Part shown: one piece after another, positions 21,207 to 30,610 of the stretch | Layout: each line of letters begins with the position of its first letter | How positions within the stretch are numbered: position 1 is the stretch's first letter | Source: Gemmatimonadales bacterium | GTDB lineage: Bacteria > Gemmatimonadota > Gemmatimonadetes > Gemmatimonadales > GWC2-71-9 | Assembly (NCBI GenBank): GCA_036379675.1 | Contig: DASVGF010000051.1 | Coordinates: forward strand, 1-54,121 | Direction of reading: 5' to 3' | DNA: 54,121 nt | The notes under the pieces: model-generated | Databases searched by the model: none | Told to the model about the DNA's origin: nothing | Seen by the model: only the letters and a program-made list of their open reading frames with translations | Program-made: the position numbers and the translations under genes

Positions 21207-23210
21207 TCAGCTCCGGGCCAGTCTCGGCGCCGCGGCCAGCTTTCTTACCGCATTGGCCAGCAGACGAGTCTTTGCCGGATCCTTGGCGCCCGCGGCTTCG
21301 GTCTCCAGACGCGTCGCCAGGGCGGCCAACGCCTTGCTCCGCTCGGCGTCGGAGGCCTTTTCGGCAGCGGCCAGGGCGGCCCGGAACTCGGCGATTCGAC
21401 CCGCGTCCAATCCCTTCGACCGCTCCAGCTGATCCAGATAGGCTCGGGGGACGGAGAACGTGGCCGGCCAGACCAGCTTCGGCTGTCCCTGGACGTTCAG
21501 ATACTCCAGCTTCACCGAGCGGGCCGCATCGATCTCGTTCTGGCTGACCAGCCCGCTTGGCACCAGCTCCAGAATGTCCAGCCCGCGGGAGATCTCGGAG
21601 CTGACGATGACGCCGTTGTACCAGTACGCCGACCACGAGCCGCCGCCCTCCATCCGGGTCGAGTCCACCGGCCCCCGGTCGAAGTAGGCGATCTCTTTCG
21701 GCTGCTTGGGATCAGTCCAGTCGAACACCGAGATGCCGCCCTGGTACCAGGCCTGCACCATCACGTCGCGGCCGGGGATCGGGATCAGCGACCCGTTATG
21801 GGCCACGCAGTTCTCCTGCGGCGTCTGCGGGGCCGGCAGCTTGTAATAGCTCTGGAACTGCATCTTCCGGTCGCGGGTGAGGGTGAAGATGGCATCCGCT
21901 CCCCACTCCCGCTTGTCCGTGCTGCGGCACTTGGGCTGGCTGCCGCCGCCCCACTCATCGGAAAAGAGGATCTTGGTGCCGTCGTTGTTGAACGTGGCCG
22001 AGTGCCAGTAGGAGAAGTTCGAGTCGGCCACGGCGCCGATGCGGACCGGCTGCACCGGGTTGCGGATGTCGAGCAGGAGGCCATAGCCGCCGCAGGCGCC
22101 GCCGGCCAGCCCGATGGCCGGGTAAACCGTGATGTCATGGCACTGGGTCGGCCCGGCATTGGAATCGGGCATTTCGGCCATGTACGTCTTCATTTCGGCC
22201 TCGATGATTCCCGGCAGCGCCCGCCGCAGGGTGGAGCTGTCCGTTGAAGTCGGGGCGCCGGTTCCGTTGCGGGCCTTTACGATGCTGTCCAGCAACATCG
22301 CGGTCCACTGCGGATTGATTAACTGTTCCTCCCCATGGATCATCGCGGTGAATCCACCGTGAGCCTTGGCCTCAGCCAATGCCTTTTCCGCCGCAACCTT
22401 GTCCTCCGGTGCGTCGCCGTGCTCCGGCGGCGCCACCAGACCCTCGAAAATCCTGGGCGAGCTGACGATCGCCGCCTGCTCCGGATGGGCCAGCGGCACC
22501 TTGATGACCTCGATGCGGAACAGCGCCGAGTTGGGATCCTTCGGCGCACGCACGCAGCCGGGCATCTCGTTGGGCGACCGCACCTGCGACGATCCCGAGA
22601 TGTAGACGTAGACGTTCTCCCGGTCCTTCGGATCCACCAGCACCGTGTGGGTATGCGAGCCCCGGCAGGTCTGCACGTTGCCCACGTTCCGGGGCCGGGT
22701 GATGTCGGTGATGTCGAAGATGCGGATGCCCCGCAGCCGGTCCTTGCTCACCGTGTCCTGCACGCCCTCCACCCCGCAATCCAGCCGGGCTGCGAGATTC
22801 TCGCCCGACACGAAGAGCAGATTCTTGTAGACCGAAACGTCGCTCTGGGAGGCGGGACAGACGTGGGCCGCTTTCAGGCTGGGCCGGCGCGGGTTGGAGA
22901 TGTCCCACACCTGGTAACCGTTGTAGTTGCCCTGGATTGCGTAGTTCCCGGTAAAGGCCAGGTCGGAGTTGGTGACGTCCAGGAACTGGTCCGGCGGCGG
23001 CGTCTTGGAGAGCACGCGCAGATTCCACACCGCTTCCGCGGCATCCATCTTCCCGGCCCGGAGACCCACCCGGGGATCCGGATTTGGAGCTGCCGTAGAC
23101 CGGTGAGCGCTCGGGGCCGGAGTACCGTCCGAGCCCGACGAGGTGGAGCGGGCACAGGCCGCGCCGGCGAGGAGGGCGAGTATCAACGGCAACTTCAGTA
23201 CGGATACCAT
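21207..23210 (-). CDS. LVIVD-repeat beta-propeller protein (COG5276-like), exported
   Basis: Signal peptide MVSVLKLPLILALLAGAAC. Repeated YKNLLFVSGE, HTHTVL, CHDITVY, HSATFNNDGT and AWYQGGISVFDW blades. Confidence 0.7.
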   Translation of the reverse strand: MVSVLKLPLILALLAGAACARSTSSGSDGTPAPSAHRSTAAPNPDPRVGLRAGKMDAAEAVWNLRVLSKTPPPDQFLDVTNSDLAFTGNYAIQGNYNGYQVWDISNPRRPSLKAAHVCPASQSDVSVYKNLLFVSGENLAARLDCGVEGVQDTVSKDRLRGIRIFDITDITRPRNVGNVQTCRGSHTHTVLVDPKDRENVYVYISGSSQVRSPNEMPGCVRAPKDPNSALFRIEVIKVPLAHPEQAAIVSSPRIFEGLVAPPEHGDAPEDKVAAEKALAEAKAHGGFTAMIHGEEQLINPQWTAMLLDSIVKARNGTGAPTSTDSSTLRRALPGIIEAEMKTYMAEMPDSNAGPTQCHDITVYPAIGLAGGACGGYGLLLDIRNPVQPVRIGAVADSNFSYWHSATFNNDGTKILFSDEWGGGSQPKCRSTDKREWGADAIFTLTRDRKMQFQSYYKLPAPQTPQENCVAHNGSLIPIPGRDVMVQAWYQGGISVFDWTDPKQPKEIAYFDRGPVDSTRMEGGGSWSAYWYNGVIVSSEISRGLDILELVPSGLVSQNEIDAARSVKLEYLNVQGQPKLVWPATFSVPRAYLDQLERSKGLDAGRIAEFRAALAAAEKASDAERSKALAALATRLETEAAGAKDPAKTRLLANAVRKLAAAPRLARS

Positions 23211-23222
23211 GTTCGATCCCGG

Positions 23223-23900
23223 TTAGGGTGTGAGCGCGGCGAGCATCTTCTCCATCCGCGCGATTTCGGTGGATTGGTCGACGCTGACATCATTGGCGAA
23301 CTTGAACACGGTCTCGTCCTGAGCTGCGCCGGGCGAACCAAACAGGTCCTTCACCATGTCCACGGCGCCGCGGTGGTGCTGGATCATCAAAGTCAGGAAA
23401 AGGCGGTCAAACTCGTGGCCCCTCGCCTGATCCAGCTCCTCGAGTTGCGCCCTGGAGAGCATTCCGGGCATCGGCATTCCGTGCCCGGCATGGTCGTGCC
23501 CGGAGCCCGAGTGCTCCATGGTCATGCCGCTGCCGGGGAGCTCGGGCACCGGCTTCCCCCGGTCCCCCAGCCACCGCTGCATCGAGGCGATCTCGTCCTG
23601 CTGGGCGTTGATGATCCGTTCGGCCAGCACTCGCACGGACGGGCTGGCGCCATGGGTCGGCGCCCAGCCGGCTATCACGATAGCCTGGGCGTGATGGCCG
23701 ATCATATGTGACATGAACCGAACGTCCGCCTCGGTATAGGGATAGCGGCCGGCGCCGGATGCCGACGTTGCCCCGGGAGCGGTGCCGTGACGGGCCGGCT
23801 CGGGAGTGGTTCGGGGGCCCCGGGAGCCGGTGCCGCAGGCCGTCAGGCTGGATGCAACTACCAGGGTTATCACGGTAAGTCGGGGGCATGAGCTTGTCAT
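23223..23900 (-). CDS. DUF305 domain protein (exported, His/Met-rich metal-binding type)
   Basis: Two copies of the F...MI.HH..A motif (FMSHMIGHHAQAI, FLTLMIQHHRGAV). His/Met-rich linker HSGSGHDHAGHGMPMPGM. Lipoprotein-like LTAC. Confidence 0.75.
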   Translation of the reverse strand: MTSSCPRLTVITLVVASSLTACGTGSRGPRTTPEPARHGTAPGATSASGAGRYPYTEADVRFMSHMIGHHAQAIVIAGWAPTHGASPSVRVLAERIINAQQDEIASMQRWLGDRGKPVPELPGSGMTMEHSGSGHDHAGHGMPMPGMLSRAQLEELDQARGHEFDRLFLTLMIQHHRGAVDMVKDLFGSPGAAQDETVFKFANDVSVDQSTEIARMEKMLAALTP

Positions 23901-24024
23901 ATATGATAGATACCACGATCGGCCGCACGGTTGGTACCCGCCGATTGGAGCACCGCGCCGGACCTCCCTACGGCCAGGGGAGAAGCATGGTTTCCGGCGC
24001 GGGCGGCGCGGCTAGCTTAAAGGT

Positions 24025-24642
24025 ATGGCGTCCCCTGTCTGGACCGTGGGCCATTCGACTCATTCGCTGGAAAAGTTTCTCGATCTTCTTGCCGCTCATC
24101 GGGTCGAGGCAGTCGCCGACGTCCGCCGGTACCCAGGGAGCCGGCGGTGGCCTCACTTTGCCCGAGAGGCTTTGCGCCAGAGCCTGGAGCATCGCGGGCT
24201 GGGATACGAGTGGATGCCGGAGCTGGGCGGCCGGCGCGAGCCGCGGCCGGATTCCCCTAACACCGCCTGGCGGAACGCCGGCTTCAGGGGCTACGCCGAT
24301 TACATGGCCACGGATGAATTCGCGAATGGGCTTTCCCGGCTCGCGTCCATGGCGGAGGGCCTCCGGACGGCCATCATGTGCGCGGAGGCAGCCTGGTGGC
24401 GGTGCCACCGGGGGCTCATCGCCGACGCGTTGCGCTGGTCCGGCTTCGAGGTCGGCCATATCATGGGGCCGGGAGCCCTCATTACTCACCCCTACACCTC
24501 GGCGGCGCGGATAGAAGGGGGGCTGCTCACCTATGCCCCGCCCGCGCAGCCCGATCTATTCGACAAGGAGACGAACGATGTGCCGGAACATCAAGCGGCT
24601 GCGACGCCCCAACGAGGAGCCCACCGACCAGGAGCTGCATGA
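24025..24642 (+). CDS. DUF488 family protein
   Basis: VWTVGHSTHSLEKFLDLL....V..V.DVR..P.SR and CAE..WW.CHR motifs typical of DUF488. Confidence 0.75.
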   Translation: MASPVWTVGHSTHSLEKFLDLLAAHRVEAVADVRRYPGSRRWPHFAREALRQSLEHRGLGYEWMPELGGRREPRPDSPNTAWRNAGFRGYADYMATDEFANGLSRLASMAEGLRTAIMCAEAAWWRCHRGLIADALRWSGFEVGHIMGPGALITHPYTSAARIEGGLLTYAPPAQPDLFDKETNDVPEHQAAATPQRGAHRPGAA

Positions 24643-24802
24643 CGCGGCTCTCCAGTTCGTGCGCAAGATCAGCGGCTTCAACGCACCCTCCAAGGCCAAT
24701 GAAGCGGCCTTCGACCAGGCGGTTCGGGAGGTGGCCGAGGCAGGCCGGACCCTGTTCCAGTCGCTGCAGGTTCGGCCGGCGGCGCACGCATCCAGCCACT
24801 GA
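24578..24802 (+). CDS. DUF2277 family protein
   Basis: MCRNIKRL.....PT..E...AALQFVRKISGF..PSKANE.AF..AV is the DUF2277 signature. Overlaps the DUF488 3' end by 65 nt in another frame. Confidence 0.75.
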   Translation: MCRNIKRLRRPNEEPTDQELHDAALQFVRKISGFNAPSKANEAAFDQAVREVAEAGRTLFQSLQVRPAAHASSH

Positions 24803-24816
24803 TTAAGCTTCCCCGC

Positions 24817-26361
24817 ATGGAAAGCCCCGAGACCAGCTTCCTCGAGCGTCTCCGCCAGGCCACCGAGCTGCTCGAGGCCATCGTTGCCGACCGCGCCTTG
24901 CTCGCGGACGTACCGGCCGACGATCGTCAGCGCCTGCTGCAGGCCTCCGGCCATGTGTACGCGCCGGATGCCGTGGCCCGCCGCCAGCTGGTGCGGGCGA
25001 GCGCCCGCCGACGGAAGGCGGAAAAGATCGAGCGGGAAGACCGGGCTCTCAACGGGACCGGCATCCGGACGCTTCGCCGGCAAACGGTGTTTACCACCCC
25101 GAACGTGTTTCCGCCCGAGGCATTTGAGCAGGAGGAGGTTGCCGAGCCGGAATTCCGCGAAGTGATCGAGCCGCAGCACTGCTACGTCTGCAAGCAGAAG
25201 TTCACGGTCCTGCACCACTTTTACGACCAGATGTGCCCGCCGTGCGCCGCCTTCAACTACGCCAAGCGCACCGAGTTGGCCGACCTTCGGGGACGGGTGG
25301 CCCTCCTGACCGGTGGCCGGGTGAAGATCGGCTACCAGGCCGGGATCAAGCTGCTGCGCTCCGGCGCGCACCTGATCGTCACCACCCGTTTTCCTCGGGA
25401 CTCCGCGATGCGCTACGCCGCCGAGCCCGACTTCGCCGACTGGGGCCACCGGCTCGAGATCTATGGGCTGGATTTGCGCCATACCCCGAGCGTGGAGGCC
25501 TTTTGCAGGGAGCTGGAGGCCACCCACGAACGGCTCGATTTCATCATCAACAACGCCTGCCAGACCGTGCGCCGCCCACCCGAGTTCTACGAGCACATGA
25601 TGGAACGGGAGACGGCCGCCTTGAAGTTCATGCCTGAGCCTGCCCACCGGCTCCTGGGGGCCTACGAAGGCTGGCGCGGCGCCCACCTCCATCCTACTGG
25701 TGGCGACGCAACCGTGCCGGCGGTCTTCGAGCGCCGCCTCCCCAGCATTGCCGGGCTGGCTCATCCGGCCGAGCTGTCCCAGGTGCGGCTGCTGCCGGAG
25801 GAAAACGGCTCGCGGAGGCACCTGTTTCCTGAGGGGCGGCTGGATCAGGACCGGCAGCAGGTGGACCTGCGGGAGCGGAACTCGTGGCGAATGCTCCTGG
25901 CCGATGTGCCCTCGGTCGAACTGATGGAGGTACACCTGGTCAACGCCATCGCCCCCTTCATCCTGAACGCCCGGCTCAAGCCGCTCATGCTGCGGGCGCC
26001 GGGGCGCGACCAGCACATCGTCAACGTGTCCGCCGTCGAAGGCCAGTTCTACCGGAATTTCAAGACGACTCGCCACCCCCACACCAACATGGCCAAGGCC
26101 GCGCTCAACATGATGACCCGGACCGCCGCCGCGGATTACCACAGCGATGGGATCCACATGAACAGCGTGGATACCGGCTGGGTGACCGACGAGGATGCGG
26201 TCGAGCTGGCCGCGCGGAAGACCGCCGAGCACCGGTTTCATCCGCCGCTCGACATCGTGGACGGCGCCGCCCGGATCGTGGACCCGATCATCGCCGGCAT
26301 CAACTCCGGCCACCACGTGTGGGGCAAGTTTCTGAAGGACTACCAGCCGACGGACTGGTAA
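24817..26361 (+). CDS. SDR family oxidoreductase (long form with N-terminal extension)
   Basis: VALLTGGRVKIGY Rossmann motif, IINNACQTV and an MAKAALN (Y-less variant/K) region. The 680-aa antisense ORF is judged a GC shadow. Confidence 0.75.
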   Translation: MESPETSFLERLRQATELLEAIVADRALLADVPADDRQRLLQASGHVYAPDAVARRQLVRASARRRKAEKIEREDRALNGTGIRTLRRQTVFTTPNVFPPEAFEQEEVAEPEFREVIEPQHCYVCKQKFTVLHHFYDQMCPPCAAFNYAKRTELADLRGRVALLTGGRVKIGYQAGIKLLRSGAHLIVTTRFPRDSAMRYAAEPDFADWGHRLEIYGLDLRHTPSVEAFCRELEATHERLDFIINNACQTVRRPPEFYEHMMERETAALKFMPEPAHRLLGAYEGWRGAHLHPTGGDATVPAVFERRLPSIAGLAHPAELSQVRLLPEENGSRRHLFPEGRLDQDRQQVDLRERNSWRMLLADVPSVELMEVHLVNAIAPFILNARLKPLMLRAPGRDQHIVNVSAVEGQFYRNFKTTRHPHTNMAKAALNMMTRTAAADYHSDGIHMNSVDTGWVTDEDAVELAARKTAEHRFHPPLDIVDGAARIVDPIIAGINSGHHVWGKFLKDYQPTDW

Positions 26362-26373
26362 GAGACCTGGCTC

Positions 26374-26526
26374 ATGAGCGGATCTTCCCCCCAACCGGCT
26401 TCCTTCGAGCTCACCCGCGAGGTGCGGCCGGAGGACATCGACGAGCCCGGCCACGTCGGCATCGTTGTCGTTCCGCGATGGATCCAGGACGCTGCCACGT
26501 CCCGCGGGTTGGCTGGAGCGCCCTGA
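26374..26526 (+). pseudogene. Possible remnant of a 4HBT-type thioesterase (50 codons)
   Basis: ELTREVRPEDIDEPGHVGIVVVPRWIQDAA resembles the N-terminal V...ED.D..GHV.N..Y motif of hotdog thioesterases. The ORF stops after 50 codons. Confidence 0.2.
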
Positions 26527-26530
26527 GACC

Positions 26531-26941
26531 ATGCTCCCCTGGTTCCAGGATCGCTTTGCCGAGCAGCTTCGCGAGTATGAGGATCGCAATCCGGCCATGG
26601 CCGCCCTTATCCGGCGGCTGGAGGTTATCTACCTCTTTGGCACCATCGGGATAGAAGCGGTTCTCAAGCCCGATGGACGTGTCCTGGTCATGGTGGACGA
26701 GCACTTCGACCAGCCCTTCCCACCGGTCGAGCCGGCCTGGCGTCCGGCCAGCGACCACGAGCGCACCGCCGCGCTCGTCATTGCAGGGCGGCGAATTCCC
26801 GAGGTTGCCGAGCTGCTGCCGCGCCGCCCCTCCAATGCCACCACCTGCCCGGTGTGCCGGGGCAAGGGGTGGCTGGTTCAGGAGGTGGTGTGCATGGACT
26901 GTGGTGGCCTCGGCTGGACCAGGCCCCGGAAGCCGGCTTAA
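26531..26941 (+). CDS. Hypothetical protein with C-terminal CxxC...CxxC zinc-ribbon
   Basis: ATG 26531. C-terminus is CPVCRGKGWLVQEVVCMDCGGLGW. Confidence 0.5.
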   Translation: MLPWFQDRFAEQLREYEDRNPAMAALIRRLEVIYLFGTIGIEAVLKPDGRVLVMVDEHFDQPFPPVEPAWRPASDHERTAALVIAGRRIPEVAELLPRRPSNATTCPVCRGKGWLVQEVVCMDCGGLGWTRPRKPA

Positions 26942-27570
26942 AGGCCGGCTGTCCCCGGCCGGGTAGTGGATGGCACTCCCCAGTACCGCCGCAGCGAGCT
27001 GATGATCACCGGCAGCCCCCGGAAGACGCAGAAGGCCACCGCCGTCCACGCGAGGACCCGCACAATCGCCATAATGCTCGGAACGGCGGCGGCAACGTCG
27101 GGAAAGCCGGCCAGCGCCTGAGCCAGGGCCAGGCCACAGAACGTCAACACTTTCGTGACGGCGTAACCGGTCCGCATCCAGGTCGAGCCCACCAGAAATC
27201 TTCCGAGAGCCGTTCGGTGTTGCTCGAAGGGCGCCGTCCCCTGGCCTACCCCGATGCTCCGGAGCGCGTCGGTCAGCGTCGTACGCGTGATGATGATGAT
27301 GGGGATGGCCACCGGAATCATCTCCAGGTCGGCAAAGCACACCCAGAGCACCAGCTCGTAGGTCCGGTCGGCCGCGATGTCCAGCACGCTGCCGAACAGG
27401 CTGGTCTGGCCCGTCCGGCGGGCCACCATCCCGTCCACCGTGTCCAGCATGAGCCCCACAAAGAGCAGCCCCACGCCGGCGAGCCGGGCCGGGGGAGAGC
27501 CCTGGTACAGGATCAGCACCGTGACCAGCAACAGGGGGAAGCGCGAGATGGTAATCCAGTTGGCTAGCAT
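26938..27570 (-). CDS. CDP-alcohol phosphatidyltransferase family protein
   Basis: DTVDGMVARRTGQTSLFGSVLDIAADR equals the D(x2)DG(x2)AR(x8)G(x3)D(x3)D motif. ATG at 27570. Confidence 0.85.
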   Translation of the reverse strand: MLANWITISRFPLLLVTVLILYQGSPPARLAGVGLLFVGLMLDTVDGMVARRTGQTSLFGSVLDIAADRTYELVLWVCFADLEMIPVAIPIIIITRTTLTDALRSIGVGQGTAPFEQHRTALGRFLVGSTWMRTGYAVTKVLTFCGLALAQALAGFPDVAAAVPSIMAIVRVLAWTAVAFCVFRGLPVIISSLRRYWGVPSTTRPGTAGL

Positions 27571-27583
27571 CGTCGGTTCCCTC

Positions 27584-29326
27584 TCACTTGGCTTTGCCGA
27601 GGAACAGCCTCCCTTGCCAGCCTCGCACCCGGATCGAGTCTCCCTGGAGCCTGCCATTGATCGACTCGAGCGCCAGCACCGCGCGCCGGGTGGGCGACCT
27701 CGCCTCGAGCCGGAGGCGGTCTGCGGCGACGCTCCATGACTGCGCGCTATCCTGCACTTGTGCGGCGAGCCGACCGAGGTCGAAGACGAGCGTGTCGGAC
27801 CCGGCTCTCACACGGGCGATGCCAGTGGCGGTGTCGAACCGGACCCGTACCGAATCGCCACCGGCGACGAGCGTGGTCGTATCCCCCGCTGACACGTTCA
27901 GCATCCACTCGAGCCCCGAGATCGGCGTAGCGGAATGGCGGGCGGCGTTGAGGTGCACATACCCCTCGTCTGACATGGCAAATCGGGGAACGTAGCGGAG
28001 GCCCGCCCTCTTCAGGATCCGGGTAGCCGCCTGGTCCCGCAGTGTCGGCGAGTCCGGCAGTGAATCCCAGTTCAATGGCTCGAGCTTGGAAGGAAAGGCT
28101 GCTGCGACCTGACGGCGTGCGCCATGCTCCAGCAGGAACCGCAATGCCGCGCTGGCCTCCCGCTCGCGATTGGCCTCATCGCTCTGACTGATGAGACGAG
28201 CCAGCCGCCTCCCCTGGCTTGCAACCGAGAGACTGGTGACGCTCAGCGGTCCGTAGGCGGTCAGCAGAAGTAATGCGGCCAGCGTCAAGGGAATCGGCCT
28301 GATCCCGGCCCGCGGCCGCAGGGTGTAGCTCAGCGCGATCCCCAGCAGCCACAGGCCCAGCAACACGCCGAGCAGGCGTAGCTCCGTCCAGCCGTAAGGA
28401 AGGACCCTCTTCCAGAAGGCCAGGAGCAACACGACCGCGGCCGGAATCAGGCCGATGAAGAGCCCCCGCGAATAGGTCCGGATCCAGCCCTCTCCCGGCT
28501 CGTTCCGAAGCGGATGGACCAGAAGGAAGCCCAGGAGCCCGGCCACGGCGACGCTGGTGACCAGCCAGCCGATCCACCCCGAGGGCCACTCGCCACCCAG
28601 GATGATCTTCACCAGGTAGGCGAGGAGCATGGCCAGGTAGACGAAGACGAGCGGCGTGAGGATGTACTGGGCGAAGACCTTGAGGACGCGGGGATAGCTG
28701 GTATCACTGGCCAGCCGTCCCATGCCACGGGGGACCTCAGCGAGAAAGATCCATGTGTTCAGCACGAAGACGACGACGATCCAGAGCCTGGGGTAAACTT
28801 CCTCGGGAACATGCACCCCGAAGAGCTGGTCCAGAGCCACGATCGCAATCGCCAGCCCCGCGAACAGGACCGCCGAGAAGACGGCTGCCCGCAGAATCCC
28901 GAGAAACAGCCGCCGATTGTATTGCCAGAAGGCGCGGCTCTCGTCGCGGCCCAGGAACGGCAGGACCGCCACCAACAGGTGCAAGCCGGCGCTGAGCTGC
29001 AGGTAACGGATGACCTCGTGCTTGCGCTCCGGGCCGGGCCAGACCAGGTAGAACACCAGAAGGAGCACCACGCCGCCGGCGTTGAGCGCCGCCTTCCGGC
29101 CGGGGGTCCATCCCCGTTCTTCGGCAAACAGTGTCAGCGCCAGCGTGAGGGGAATGCCCAGCGCGACGGCCATCCCGATGCGGGCCAGCTCATCGGCATT
29201 GGCGGGCCGGGCGGTGCCCTGCAGGGCCGCGGCGGCGGCAATGACGGCGGCGGTTAACGTCCAGGGAAACCGGAACAGGACCTCCCTGGCCTGGTGGGCC
29301 AGGGTCTCGAGCGAGGGGAGTCGCAT
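27584..29326 (-). CDS. Polytopic membrane protein (DUF4153-like) with C-terminal soluble domain
   Basis: 580 aa, ~10 hydrophobic helices followed by a ~200-aa hydrophilic C-terminus. Family assignment tentative. Confidence 0.55.
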   Translation of the reverse strand: MRLPSLETLAHQAREVLFRFPWTLTAAVIAAAAALQGTARPANADELARIGMAVALGIPLTLALTLFAEERGWTPGRKAALNAGGVVLLLVFYLVWPGPERKHEVIRYLQLSAGLHLLVAVLPFLGRDESRAFWQYNRRLFLGILRAAVFSAVLFAGLAIAIVALDQLFGVHVPEEVYPRLWIVVVFVLNTWIFLAEVPRGMGRLASDTSYPRVLKVFAQYILTPLVFVYLAMLLAYLVKIILGGEWPSGWIGWLVTSVAVAGLLGFLLVHPLRNEPGEGWIRTYSRGLFIGLIPAAVVLLLAFWKRVLPYGWTELRLLGVLLGLWLLGIALSYTLRPRAGIRPIPLTLAALLLLTAYGPLSVTSLSVASQGRRLARLISQSDEANREREASAALRFLLEHGARRQVAAAFPSKLEPLNWDSLPDSPTLRDQAATRILKRAGLRYVPRFAMSDEGYVHLNAARHSATPISGLEWMLNVSAGDTTTLVAGGDSVRVRFDTATGIARVRAGSDTLVFDLGRLAAQVQDSAQSWSVAADRLRLEARSPTRRAVLALESINGRLQGDSIRVRGWQGRLFLGKAK

Positions 29327-29424
29327 CGAATCTCCTATCAGCGGCAGGGGGACGGTTGCCGCCGTATCTTAACCCGGATGAACTTTGGATGAGGCTGAGC
29401 GACCGGTCTGAGGGAAACGGACGG

Positions 29425-30003
29425 ATGCGGGCAGACGACCTCGAAGGGATCCTGACTTTCCTCCGGGCGGCGGAGCGGCTGAAGATCCAGACGCGCAGCG
29501 GCTGGACGTCGACCGGGCAGGCCGAGAGCGTGGCGGAGCACACCTGGCGGCTCTGTCTGATGGCGATGCTCCTCTATGGCCACACCCCGGGGATCGATCT
29601 CGGCCGGCTGCTGCGGATGTGCCTCATTCACGACCTCGGCGAGGCTATCGGCGGCGACGTTCCGGCGCCGGCGCAGCAAGCGGGAGCGAGCAAAGCCGGC
29701 CAGGAGCGGGCCGACCTCCTCGAGCTGACGGCTTCCCTGCCGCGGGGCCTGCGGGACGAGATTGTCGGACTGTGGGACGAGTACGAGAGCGCCGCGTCTC
29801 CCGAGGCCAGGCTCGCCAAGGGGCTCGATAAGCTGGAAACGATTCTGCAGCACACTCAGGGGCAGAACCCGCCCGACTTCGATTACGCCTTCAACCTGGC
29901 GTACGGCCGGCAATACACCGGCACTGATCCCGTTATGGCCGCTCTCAGAGCCAGGCTCGACGAGGAAACCTCCCGGCGGGCCCGGGGCGAAGAGGGGAGC
30001 TGA
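29425..30003 (+). CDS. HD domain protein (YfbR-like 5'-nucleotidase family)
   Basis: RSGW......ESVAEHTWR and CLIHDLGEAIGGD (H...HD...D) metal motifs. Confidence 0.75.
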   Translation: MRADDLEGILTFLRAAERLKIQTRSGWTSTGQAESVAEHTWRLCLMAMLLYGHTPGIDLGRLLRMCLIHDLGEAIGGDVPAPAQQAGASKAGQERADLLELTASLPRGLRDEIVGLWDEYESAASPEARLAKGLDKLETILQHTQGQNPPDFDYAFNLAYGRQYTGTDPVMAALRARLDEETSRRARGEEGS

Positions 30004-30004
30004 G

Positions 30005-30547
30005 ATGGACGCTGTCCGGTCGGTGCTGATCCGGCGCGGGAGGCCGGATGAGGCGGGCGCGCTGGCCGCGTTCGGCGAACGGGTATTCCGCGAGGCCTTT
30101 GCCGCCCAGAATCGGGCCGCGGATCTGGAGATGTACATCGGGAGGGCCTACGGCCACAGCCAGCAGCTGGCCGAGCTCAACGATCCTGACGTGACCACCC
30201 TGGTGGCAGAGGTGGAAGGCAAACTGGCCGGGTTCGCCCAGGTTCGGCCGGGGGAAACTCCCCCGTGCGTTCCTGGCCCGGCGCCGATCGAGCTGTGGCG
30301 GTTCTATGTGGACCGCCCGTTTCAGGGTATGGGGGTGGCGGGGAGGCTGATGCAGGCGGTCGTCGAGTCGGCCCTCGCGCGGGATGCCAGAACCCTGTGG
30401 CTGGGCGTGTGGGAGAGGAACCCGCGAGCCCAGGGGTTCTATCGCAAGTGTGGATTCGTGGATGTCGGCAAGCACGCCTTCGTGCTCGGCAGCGATATCC
30501 AGACCGACCGGGTGATGGCCCGGCCGCTGGTCTCTTTCCCCTCCTAG
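30005..30547 (+). CDS. GNAT family N-acetyltransferase
   Basis: RFYVDRPFQGMGVAGRLM (Q/RxxGxG/A acetyl-CoA motif) and FYRKCGF. Confidence 0.8.
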   Translation: MDAVRSVLIRRGRPDEAGALAAFGERVFREAFAAQNRAADLEMYIGRAYGHSQQLAELNDPDVTTLVAEVEGKLAGFAQVRPGETPPCVPGPAPIELWRFYVDRPFQGMGVAGRLMQAVVESALARDARTLWLGVWERNPRAQGFYRKCGFVDVGKHAFVLGSDIQTDRVMARPLVSFPS

Positions 30548-30610
30548 GCCGCCGGTCTACCTTTTCTGTCCCTGGCAGCCTCCGCTCACCCTCTTGCCCC
30601 TCCCGGCCAC

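Noticed and set aside
30548-30610. yybP-ykoY (Mn) riboswitch upstream of the TerC-family gene.
   Set aside because: The intergenic region is only 63 nt, and I cannot see the conserved four-way-junction motifs. It instead contains a partial copy of the heptamer-element arm.
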